Below, one piece after another: positions 1 to 9,423 of a stretch of DNA of 64,000 nucleotides. Source of the DNA: a virus; the IMG/VR virus record IMGVR_UViG_3300023478_000001, positions 7,323 to 71,322 of that record. One strand, 5' to 3'. The notes below the pieces were generated by a model, which searched no databases, was not told the DNA's origin, and saw only the letters and a list, made by a program, of their open reading frames with translations. Made by a program: the position numbers and the translations under genes. The stretch's first letter is position 1. Each line of letters opens with the position of its first letter.

Positions 1-235
1 CATCATCTGATACACGCATTTTTATATCAATCAATTCAGAATAATCTAAACATTTACCTGTGCCAGCTTTACCAAATAGTAAAAGATGCGGTATATCAGA
101 TGTTTCGATATATCCTGCAACTTTTTCCTTTAAATGAGGATTACCTATATATTCAGATAACATAGTTGGTCTCCAACGTTCACACCATAAACTGTTATCT
201 TGTTGTGTTTTTTGTTTTTCTTCAAAAAATCCCAT
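1..235 (-). CDS. Clamp loader subunit (gp44/RFC small-subunit-like), 5' part only; an intein begins after Walker A
   Basis: Manual translation from ATG 235: MGFFEEK...LWCERWRP...IPHLLLFGKAGTGK|CLDYSELIDIKMRVSDD; RFC WxExxRP box and P-loop; intein block A starts at Cys codon 52-50; runs off the window. Confidence 0.9.
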   Translation of the reverse strand, partial: MGFFEEKQKTQQDNSLWCERWRPTMLSEYIGNPHLKEKVAGYIETSDIPHLLLFGKAGTGKCLDYSELIDIKMRVSDD

Positions 236-237
236 TA

Positions 238-789
238 TTATATATTTTTTATTATGAATGGTGATTGTACACCACCACTAAATTTTTCTGCTGTTTCTAA
301 TGCTCTAATTATTCTATCTTTTGCAGAATAAGTTTGCATAGAACGTGTTTTTGATGAATTGTATAATGAACCTTTAGCATATTCTTCACCGCATCCAACT
401 GAATCATACTCATCAACTGATTCTCCTACTTGAAAATCTGAACCTATTTTAAATAATCTTCCTTGATATCCAACTAAAAATATACCGCCTTTCTCATCGC
501 CATCACTATATTTTTGTAAAAAACCGCCTTTACTAAAACATTTGCGTACTGCTTTAATAAAATCGGTACACATATATTCATATATGTCTTTATTACCTCG
601 TTTTTTTACTTTTAACGAAAATTGCAATAATTCAATCATTCTAAAACTAGAAGTACAACCAATTACAAAATCGCCAGTTATAAATACTTTTGGATCTTTT
701 CTAATAACTACATCTAACCCAGCAACTCCTGCAGAATCAGCTCCTATAATAACTTTTTCTTTATCAATAATTCCTACTATACACGTCAT
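238..789 (-). CDS. Ntn-hydrolase / proteasome-HslV-like peptidase
   Basis: N-terminal MTCIVG...IGADS and GCGEEYAKGSL motifs. Confidence 0.7.
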   Translation of the reverse strand: MTCIVGIIDKEKVIIGADSAGVAGLDVVIRKDPKVFITGDFVIGCTSSFRMIELLQFSLKVKKRGNKDIYEYMCTDFIKAVRKCFSKGGFLQKYSDGDEKGGIFLVGYQGRLFKIGSDFQVGESVDEYDSVGCGEEYAKGSLYNSSKTRSMQTYSAKDRIIRALETAEKFSGGVQSPFIIKNI

Positions 790-790
790 A

Positions 791-1033
791 TTAATGTAAT
801 TTAGTTAAACCATCATGCCAATTTGAATATGGAATTTTTTTTAAAGATACCGATAAGTCCTTATGTTTATCCCAAAAACTATTATAAATTGATCTATCTT
901 TACGTTCCTCTTCAGTACTAATTTCAACTAATTCTGTAAAAATATTATATAAATCAATTTTAGTTATTTTATGTTTTATAAAGTTATCAATAGCTGTAGA
1001 AAACTGTGTATATATTAATTCTCTATGTCCCAT
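791..1033 (-). CDS. Hypothetical protein
   Basis: 80-aa ORF tightly packed between neighbours. Confidence 0.6.
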   Translation of the reverse strand: MGHRELIYTQFSTAIDNFIKHKITKIDLYNIFTELVEISTEEERKDRSIYNSFWDKHKDLSVSLKKIPYSNWHDGLTKLH

Positions 1034-1356
1034 TATAACGAATCTACCATTAATAAATCTTGTTCTCTAAATAAAAGATATTCTTTATCATCAACTTTAA
1101 TTTTATCGCCTATCATATCCTTTTTATATAATACCATATCACCTGGTTTTACAGTCATTGGAATTTTTATACCACTTTGAGTATATATTCCATCTCCTAC
1201 CATTAATACCTTACCGAATACGGTTGTACCTCGTGTAACTGAATCAGTCAGTATAATACCACCTTTACTTTTTATTTCGCCTTTTCCAGCAAATTCTACT
1301 AGTACTCTATCGCCTAATGGTTTTAATTTTTTTCTCATATTATTTTGTTTCTTCAT
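1033..1356 (-). CDS. groES: Co-chaperonin GroES (Cpn10)
   Basis: LKPLGDRVLV...GGIIL...VKPGDMVLY...EYLLFREQDLL signature. Confidence 0.93.
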   Translation of the reverse strand: MKKQNNMRKKLKPLGDRVLVEFAGKGEIKSKGGIILTDSVTRGTTVFGKVLMVGDGIYTQSGIKIPMTVKPGDMVLYKKDMIGDKIKVDDKEYLLFREQDLLMVDSL

Positions 1357-1506
1357 TATTTAATTCATTTATATATAAACTTACACACTCACAATTTCGT
1401 TTAGTACAGCCTTCACTTGTTCCATTAGATGATGATATTACATCTCTTGTGGTGAAAACTGGTTGTTCTATTTTGATTATTTTCATATGAAAATAATTAT
1501 TAATTA

Positions 1507-3037
1507 TTAAGATTTATGGAACACATAAATTGGTTCATACTTATAGATTTTATTTTTATGTTTTACCGAGTTTTTAATTCCTGTTTTAGATGGATCAAGT
1601 CCTATCATACGGGTCATTAACATTTTTATTTTTCCTTTGTATTCACATCCTAACTCTTTTAATATTTTTATAGAATCGCCTTCTAAATCAAAATAAGTAT
1701 CTTTACCAACTTTAATTGATGCTATATTCCATAAGATATATCTATCATTTTTCAAATATTCATAGATAGTAGTCAAAGTGGGTTTCAAAAAATTATCCCG
1801 CCAATTATCATAATCAGAATATTTATCCCATGATTGTCCAGTTCCAACATCGCCATATCGCTCTCTATTAAAGTATGGTGGTGATGTAAATGCAATATCT
1901 AGTTTACCTTTGTATTTTTTAAATTTTGGATTTTTATATATTAACTCTGAACCATCAGTAAATGTTTCGAATGTATTAGATTGTGATTTTACTGAAAAGA
2001 ACTTATTAAATGAATCTGAATGATTATCTATACAATTTTTATTATAAAAATCTGCAACATAATCATATCGTGATTTTTGAATTTCATCTATATAATTATC
2101 CGGATTTGGGTCTGTACCTACATAATGTACTTGTTTACGTGTACTCATCGCTCCAATTATTCTACCACCCCAACCAGCAGATGAATCATAAATTATTATT
2201 GGTTCATCCTGTTTAATATGATTTGTAAAATTTTCATATAAATATTTTGCAGTTAATGCAGGAAAGTTTACAGCAGGTTGACCACAACTTAATCTAAATA
2301 CTTGCAAGATTTTTGGAAATATACCAATAGTTTTATCATACCAACGTATTAAATATAAAAATTTAATAATTTTCCCACTCTTTAATGTTGTAGAGGGTTC
2401 AATCTCTCCCAAATTTGCAATTTGAGTACTATTTAACCATTTATTATCAACACACGTTTGTACTTGTTCTGCAGTTAAATATATTTCCATCAAATACATC
2501 TTTTATAAAATCAATACCATTTTGTCCATTCCAAAATTTATTTTCGGTGCGTTTTGTTACGATTGATCTTGACCAAGAATACATTGAATCGCGTTTTACA
2601 GCTCTTTTCATAATTCTAATAAACCTATCTTCAAGAGTAGGTTCAGCAAAATAATCATAAATTGATAATCCGCCATCAGATGATTTGCCACTAGATATTT
2701 TTGTTTTTAACATAGTTGGAAAAAACTGATTTATCACGGATGCATCTTTATTAAAATTTTGAATTATTCCAAGCGATTCTGTATCATTAGTTAAATCCTT
2801 TTCCAAAAAATTGCAATCATTTCCTTTTAATTTTCTAAATGATTTTATTATACCATCTTTGTTCCTTCCAATTACAGGTGGTGTACCATACACATCCCAT
2901 TGGTGAGTAACTTCATTACGTAATAGTTTGGCCCAATTCACAAATTCTGTATCAGTCATTTGTAATAATTGATGATACGTTGTATTCGATTTAAATTCAG
3001 AAAATCTGGAACGTTCATAAAAATAGTTTTTACTCAT
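1507..3037 (-). CDS. DNA amino-methyltransferase (SPPY), broken into ORFs 2447-3037 and 1507-2499 by a frameshift or deletion
   Basis: YDSSAGWGGR SAM motif and FTSPPYF catalytic motif; overlapping out-of-frame ORFs near 2450-2500. Confidence 0.8.
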
Positions 3038-3076
3038 TTATTATAATATTTGAAATTGATTTTCAATAAATATAAA

Positions 3077-3790
3077 TTACGAATTTACCTCTACTAAAAA
3101 ATAATCGGTTGTGTATTCGTCCACTTCAAAATGAATGTGAGCCAATCCTTGGGTTGAAATATTTAACGTTGCAGTTTTTGCTTCTTTATTTGCAACAAGA
3201 ATTTCTTTTAAGTATTTTGCTGAAAATGATATTGGTTTAACTTCATCTGTGGTTTCACATTCAACATCAATAGAAATTCTATTTGAGTTAATATTTTCAT
3301 ACCCAATAATAATTTGATGTTTATTATTTTTAGATAAAAATGTGAAATTATCTACTTCTGCAAGTGCTCCTTTTGCTTTAATGAATTTTGTAATAAAATT
3401 TTGGTCAAGTTTTAATTTTACATCAAACTCTGGTAATTGTTTTAAATCAGGTACGGTTGGTATAACTGATAAATCAGCCAGCATATAATTAATTGAGGTT
3501 GATTCATCCTTAAATTTGGCAGAAGCTACTTTATCGTTAACTACTGATAATTCAAAATCTATATCAGCACCAAGTACTCCTAGCATTTTTATTAATTTTG
3601 TAGTATCATACACTCCGAATGTTAAATCATTTTGGTCAAATCCAGTCATATTAACTGTACCAAGTACTGATTTATCATCTGAAATAAATGATGTATTTAA
3701 GGTATTGTTTGATGATTGCCATTTTACTGATTCTACGAGACCAGCCAAATTATACTTACTAATAAATCTGTTTAATTTTTGTTTTTCCAT
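3077..3790 (-). CDS. Sliding clamp (gp45/PCNA-like)
   Basis: 237 aa; FGVYDTTKL motif and PCNA-like C-terminus (FSAKYLKEIL...YFLVE); adjacent to the polymerase. Confidence 0.8.
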   Translation of the reverse strand: MEKQKLNRFISKYNLAGLVESVKWQSSNNTLNTSFISDDKSVLGTVNMTGFDQNDLTFGVYDTTKLIKMLGVLGADIDFELSVVNDKVASAKFKDESTSINYMLADLSVIPTVPDLKQLPEFDVKLKLDQNFITKFIKAKGALAEVDNFTFLSKNNKHQIIIGYENINSNRISIDVECETTDEVKPISFSAKYLKEILVANKEAKTATLNISTQGLAHIHFEVDEYTTDYFLVEVNS

Positions 3791-3828
3791 TTTTTGTATT
3801 TAAATTTAGTTTTTATGTATTCTTATTG

Positions 3829-3860
3829 CTAATATACGAATAATTTTTTAATTATCCTAA
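3829..3860 (-). promoter_or_regulatory. Bacteroidota-type early promoter (representative copy; others at 11558, 26620, 33416, 33933, 43515, 63057, 63846)
   Basis: Recurrent TT(A)GGA/TTGTA-N~16-TTCGTATATTT(A/G) upstream of ORFs; resembles the -33/-7 TAnnTTTG consensus (exact TATCTTTG at 33933-33940). Confidence 0.75.
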
Positions 3861-3931
3861 TATTTTTAGTGTTTATTATTTGTTTTTACATGTCATGGTC
3901 ATGACCATACATTATAATTCTATTTAATTTA

Positions 3932-4885
3932 TTAAAAATTAAAAAATTTACTGGCAGTTTTTTGTTCATTAAGTACTAATCCCCATTTTAATACATCATA
4001 AAAATCTTGAAGTTTTCCTAATAATTCTCTTTCAAATATTTTTTCATGATTAATATAAGTATCTATAAATTTTGTTATTTCTGGTGGGTCTTTATATCCA
4101 GTAAATCCTACTGCATCTAATCCAAACGGATTACGTTTTAAATACACCCATTTTATTTTATCGCCGTTTTTCATTGGTGCGTATTTATATGGAGTTTTGT
4201 AATATTTTAATAAATCATTATACGCAATACCAGCTTTAACATGAGCAGGTGCACCCTTTTTAAAATCGAATAATTTTGTGCTCCCAACATTCATATATTT
4301 ACTTAGTTCCTTTACTGCAGAATTTTTAGCTATATCTGTGTTTGATAACTGTATCATCGAACTTTTGAATCCTAATATTATATCTGATATTGTACTTTGC
4401 GGTGTATCTTTTAATATTTCTATAAGTACTTTTGACATTAAATCTTGAAATGCTTTTGGAAATGATGAACGTATTACATCTAACCCTTTAACATCAAGTT
4501 TATCAACAGGTACACCATTATTAGAAATAATCCATTGAGCATATCTTTTTTTGGCTACCCAAAATCCTGCGCGTGCAACATATTCCTTTTTTATTTGTAA
4601 TCTGTGTTGTTGTACATTTAATATTTTATCTGCAAATATATCATAAAATTTATTTAAATAATTTTGCATTTCTCCTGCAATATTATCCACTTTTTTAGCT
4701 ATATTTGCAGGTGTGTCTTGTTCCCATTTAGGGTTTCGGTAGTCTAATAACGGTACTGCCGAAAAAAATACTGAATCTGTATCAATTTTCTCCCCGAAAG
4801 ATTAAACTAACGGGGAGAACGCATCGATATAGATATTGCTATCTACTGTAGCACCACCTATATCGAGTATTTTTTTTATTTTCAT
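3932..4885 (-). CDS. Family B DNA polymerase, C-terminal part (palm motif C and thumb), interrupted by a 42-nt insert with an in-frame TAA
   Basis: ATG 4885 gives MKIKKILDIGGATVDSNIYID[AFSPLV*SFGEKID]TDSVFFSAVP..., in frame with ORF 3932-4690 (KKRY, KGLD motifs). Confidence 0.88.
4781..4822 (-). other. 42-nt hairpin insertion in the PolB catalytic motif (candidate bypass element or micro-intron)
   Basis: 9-bp perfect stem (4788-4796/4811-4819) with a 14-nt loop holding in-frame TAA 4804-4802; flanked by ATC GAT and ATT GAT. Confidence 0.8.
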
Positions 4886-4901
4886 TTATTATATATTTTT
4901 A

Positions 4902-6674
4902 TTAATTTAAAACTAAATCATCATTTGGTTGCAATTCTTTAGCCGGTATTGTTGTTATAATTCCATTACGAGTTATAGTCATTTTAGTATTTGGACTAAT
5001 TTTAATAATTTTATTATTTTCTAACTCAATCTTCATCGGAGTTCCGCCAATTTCTTCATTATATTTAAGATTACACATATTCGCCGTTGACTTAATAATT
5101 AGCTGTCCTGTCGTTGTAACTGCTTCAGCATTTTCTCTATCATAAAAACGAAATGCGGGGAGACCCATTGTGCCATATAAACTATTAAGTAAAATTTTCT
5201 GTACAAGCTGTCGTTTTCCATAAAAATTATATTGTTCACTATCGCCAGATTTACCATATTTTTTCATTAAATTTTTATATTTTACTCGTTGATCAAACCA
5301 TAATGAAAGTATACCTGGAATACAACCTACTATATCTTTTCTGTACAAAACTCCATTAGTTGATACACTATAATCTTGCTCTTTTATAAGTTTAGCTAAG
5401 TTTTCCGAAGTTATAGTATTATTATCAATAGAATATGTTTTATTAGTATTATTTAAAAATTGTTGTGAATCCCAGTTAATAATTTTAGCAATTTTAGTTT
5501 CTGGCGAAATATTTAATGTCATAATAATAGATGGATACAATGATGTTAAATCTAAATCATATATCCAATCATGTTTACCAACTATTGGTTCTTTTACATA
5601 TGCACCAATAAATTTTCCCTTTCCCGCTTCTTTTAATGCTTTCATTTTTTCTCTTCTATCTGCAGGTTTATTAGGAGCAACTAAATTTTTACGTTTTAAA
5701 TAAGTTAATAATGCACCTTCTAAATATTTAGAAGAATATACAAAATCTTCATATGGTACATGACCTGAATGACAAATTCCTCTACATAAATCAATAAATT
5801 GTAGTTTCTTTTCTAATTTTACTACAATTTCAACATCTACTGTATTATATTCGACAAATTTATTAATATCTGTTTGAAATAAATCATCAAGGTTTCCTTC
5901 ATATTCAATTTTACCTTGATTTAGTTCAAGTTTACCAACGGTATCTAATCTATAATTAGGCAATTCATTATAATTGAATTTCTTATATAATGATAAATAA
6001 TCTAAGCAACTTACCCCCGCTAAAAAGAATCTTTGGCGATACGGTGAATAAAATGATTTTCCAATCGGTGATAATCTATTTGCGTAGTCTATTCCTAATA
6101 TTCGTTTTATACGATTAAATAAGTATGGAATATCAAAATAGTCAATATTCCAACCTGTTATAATATCTGGTGCTATATCTTCATATATTTCTAAAAATTT
6201 CAAACACATAGCTATTTCAGTTTTAAACGGTAACACTAATGCCTTTGATGTTTGTTTTGCTTGCATTTTACCGGTTTTATCCATTACAAGTACAACATAT
6301 TTATTACTAATATTATCGTGCAACCCAATAGCAGTCAGCTCGTTAGTTGATTCATTAACATTAGGTAATCCACTTTCCATTTCTACCTCAATATCAAATG
6401 TAAATACTTTAATACCAGTTGAAATTTCATCTGAATCTGTGTAAGTATCTACGAGTACTCTTGTAGTTTCAGGTACATCAGATTCAAAAAGATTAATGTC
6501 ATCCTTTGAAAACTTATATATCTTAGTTAGTTTATCACCATAAATTGATGTGTAACTACCATTAATATTTTTTTCATATGCGTATCGAGAGTATGGAAAC
6601 GAAATATATCCGTTAGTGTCATCCCAGATATGCATTAAATTCTTCTCCCTCTGATAATATATATTTTTATAAAT
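4902..6674 (-). CDS. Family B DNA polymerase, N-terminal part (3'-5' exonuclease, motifs A and B), ending in a Hint-like tail
   Basis: FDIE, GWNIDYFD, YDLDLTSLYPSII, KILLNSLYG; frame is open upstream of ATG 6635 to a possible ATT start at 6674. Confidence 0.93.
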   Translation of the reverse strand: MYKNIYYQREKNLMHIWDDTNGYISFPYSRYAYEKNINGSYTSIYGDKLTKIYKFSKDDINLFESDVPETTRVLVDTYTDSDEISTGIKVFTFDIEVEMESGLPNVNESTNELTAIGLHDNISNKYVVLVMDKTGKMQAKQTSKALVLPFKTEIAMCLKFLEIYEDIAPDIITGWNIDYFDIPYLFNRIKRILGIDYANRLSPIGKSFYSPYRQRFFLAGVSCLDYLSLYKKFNYNELPNYRLDTVGKLELNQGKIEYEGNLDDLFQTDINKFVEYNTVDVEIVVKLEKKLQFIDLCRGICHSGHVPYEDFVYSSKYLEGALLTYLKRKNLVAPNKPADRREKMKALKEAGKGKFIGAYVKEPIVGKHDWIYDLDLTSLYPSIIMTLNISPETKIAKIINWDSQQFLNNTNKTYSIDNNTITSENLAKLIKEQDYSVSTNGVLYRKDIVGCIPGILSLWFDQRVKYKNLMKKYGKSGDSEQYNFYGKRQLVQKILLNSLYGTMGLPAFRFYDRENAEAVTTTGQLIIKSTANMCNLKYNEEIGGTPMKIELENNKIIKISPNTKMTITRNGIITTIPAKELQPNDDLVLN

Positions 6675-7118
6675 AATTTCTAAATTTTAATTGTTATAAC
6701 TTTTTTTCTTACACCGTTTACTACGTTGATGTACTGCTAAATGAGTTGGTGGTAAATTTTTACCGCAAATATTGCATATTGTACGTGGTATGGGGTTTTA
6801 TTAGGTTCAGATATTCGTTATTTATGAATTTAAGATTTTGGTAAACGTAACCAATCATATGAATATGAACCATCTTTATGTTTTTGTGTAATAATAATAT
6901 TCCATAATTACCTTTCTTTGGTAGTAAACATTAACTTTTCTTAAATTTGTTTATTTCTGATATTGGATATCCATCTGGAAAACAAATATATTTTGTAGCA
7001 GTTGGGCTCATGTGTGATAAATTTATTTTATCATTCTCGTTTAGTATTATCATGATTGGTTCATTTTCCGCATCATAAACTGTATTCCTATTTTTACTTT
7101 CATAATTTTATTTATTAT

Positions 7119-8363
7119 TTATGGTTTCTGAAATAGCCATATAGGCTCGCAGAAAGTTTTAGTATTTTCATTTGATTCTTTAATTGTTTCTTCTGAGTAG
7201 TGTTCTGTATTTCTTGCGGTTAAAGTTCCACCAGAATTTGGACGCGATGCCATTGCCATTCCAATACATCCTTTATATATCATTCCGTGTTCTGTTAAGA
7301 AATCATTCATTGGATTACAAATTTCTAACCAACTTTTATCCATTGACAATTTACTATTGCTATATACATCTGCTATATTAATTGCTATAATTCCACTTTT
7401 TTTTACAGTTGGTATTATTTTTTCTAATGTTTTATGTAAAAAATCTTTGTTCCATTTATTTATATCTTTGTATCGTACCCAACTTTGTGTATCATCATAT
7501 GAGTATCGTTCCACCGAAAAATAGGGTGGTGATGTAAATACAATATCAAAATAATTTGTATAGTTTGAATAATCAAAATCTTCGGCTGGCGATACATAGA
7601 AATCAGTTTTCTTTTTGTTTTCAAAAAATGAAGAATTTTTTGTGTAAAATTCTTTTTGCTTTTTATAAAATGGATGATTCTCTTTTCTCGGGTCTAATCC
7701 AACGTAATGTTCCGTACAATCCGCCGAATAAAAACCAGCTAATCTATCACCCCAGCCCATTGAAAAATCCAATATTGTTTTTGCATTATACATTTCATAT
7801 AAAGCTTTAGCTACTGATGGTTTAAATTGTGCACAAATATATTTGCGTAATCCAATCATAGTTCTTAATTCAGATTTTCCAACTTTTTTTAATTTAAGAG
7901 AATATGCTGAACCCATTAATGAAGTCATAAACTTTTCATTTATCCAAGTTCGTGCAGGGCCCGGTGAAACTGAACCATCTACACTCCATCTATTAGTTTG
8001 TTGAAAATAATTTGAAGATTTATTTCCGGTATTTAATCTACTAAAATACAGTTGCTTATCGTTATACGTATAAGGATACCGCGATTTAGATGCTTTACGT
8101 GGAAACCACTCACCCTCTTTTAAAAGTTCGTTATATCTCACCCCTTTAAGTTTCATGTAATCTTTATACGCATCGCGTTCTGATATTTCTGCATATGGTA
8201 TTTCGTAAGTCATAGCACATTTTGCCATTTGCAACTTTACATCATCCTTTTCATATGTGTTTTTAATATGCTCCCATTGTTCTTCGTTGATGAAGAAGTA
8301 GGGAGTCATATTATAAAATTGTTTAAAATAATCTGTTATATTCATTTTATTGGATGAGTTCAT
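7119..8363 (-). CDS. DNA amino-methyltransferase (SPPY)
   Basis: LDFSMGWGDRL and FTSPPYF motifs; paralog of 1507-3037. Confidence 0.85.
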   Translation of the reverse strand: MNSSNKMNITDYFKQFYNMTPYFFINEEQWEHIKNTYEKDDVKLQMAKCAMTYEIPYAEISERDAYKDYMKLKGVRYNELLKEGEWFPRKASKSRYPYTYNDKQLYFSRLNTGNKSSNYFQQTNRWSVDGSVSPGPARTWINEKFMTSLMGSAYSLKLKKVGKSELRTMIGLRKYICAQFKPSVAKALYEMYNAKTILDFSMGWGDRLAGFYSADCTEHYVGLDPRKENHPFYKKQKEFYTKNSSFFENKKKTDFYVSPAEDFDYSNYTNYFDIVFTSPPYFSVERYSYDDTQSWVRYKDINKWNKDFLHKTLEKIIPTVKKSGIIAINIADVYSNSKLSMDKSWLEICNPMNDFLTEHGMIYKGCIGMAMASRPNSGGTLTARNTEHYSEETIKESNENTKTFCEPIWLFQKP

Positions 8364-8520
8364 TATTATCTTTAGTTTATAGTATTGTTTTTATGTAATT
8401 CTATATGACAATTCTTATGTAATATCACAATGTTAACTACTTTATTTTTACCAACATTAGCATAGTGTTCAATATTTTATAATTTTAACTAATATCGACA
8501 TTTATTTGATATATACAAGT

Positions 8521-9423
8521 TTATTCTTTTTTATTTTGTGTAGAACGTAAATATTTTATTGAATCTTGATAACTACCTCCCAACGAAAAAAACGCTATTT
8601 TACCTTTTAATTTATGAATATTTTGGTCTAACCATTTCCATGATTTTTTTTCCCAAAATTCGTTGCAATCAAATGGTACAATATAATCTTCCATCATATC
8701 ATTGAAATCGAACTCTGGTTTGTAAAGATGAATATTATTTTTATCACCTGCATAATTTTTATTTAAAATTTTACGTGTTGAATTAATAGTAGACATCGTA
8801 ATACTATGTACCTGACGTTTGTTTTCTACAATATCTTTCCAATTATCATATTTTAAAAATCCTTTAATTAATCCTGCAGCAGTTACACCACTTCCTATTC
8901 CAATAATTAAATGGTCAAAATCATTAATTTTCATGATTTCTTCCATTTTATCTTGCATATATTTTACATAAACTGGATGATTAAATGCGTGTGGTAGCAT
9001 TTGCCAGCCTTTTTTCTTATTTATACCTTTTAATTTATTTTCCATTAATGCCATCATATTTGGTTTTAACGGAAACATAGTAGCACCATTTTCTTTAATT
9101 CGTTGTAATAATTCAGGTGGATATGATTTTGAATCTGGATATGCTGAAATATATTCTATATCATGCATTGGACATAATTTTGATAAAGTCCAACCCGTCC
9201 AACTTCCATATACTGATAAATGTACCAATGGCTTATTTTTATCAATCGCATTAGACATTAATAATTTATCTATAGCTTCAATTTTACCCCAACGTGGATA
9301 TTCATTTCCATCTCCTACCAAATCGCCACGTATTACACTAACTTCTCTTCCATTTAGCATAAATTTATCAATTCTAAATGCTTCTTTAGGCAATTTATAA
9401 TAATTCATTTTTTTTGTATCCAT
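8521..9423 (-). CDS. PLP-dependent fold-type II enzyme (ACC deaminase/D-Cys desulfhydrase-like)
   Basis: IRGDL...WGK (candidate PLP Lys) and GIGSGVTAAGL phosphate-binding loop. Confidence 0.7.
   Translation of the reverse strand: MDTKKMNYYKLPKEAFRIDKFMLNGREVSVIRGDLVGDGNEYPRWGKIEAIDKLLMSNAIDKNKPLVHLSVYGSWTGWTLSKLCPMHDIEYISAYPDSKSYPPELLQRIKENGATMFPLKPNMMALMENKLKGINKKKGWQMLPHAFNHPVYVKYMQDKMEEIMKINDFDHLIIGIGSGVTAAGLIKGFLKYDNWKDIVENKRQVHSITMSTINSTRKILNKNYAGDKNNIHLYKPEFDFNDMMEDYIVPFDCNEFWEKKSWKWLDQNIHKLKGKIAFFSLGGSYQDSIKYLRSTQNKKE

Noticed and set aside
4781-4822. Group I or II intron, intein, or stop readthrough as the explanation of the PolB insert
   Set aside because: Too short for a ribozyme core, no U|...G| or GUGYG boundaries, no Hint motifs; readthrough would leave 14 extra residues in the catalytic motif
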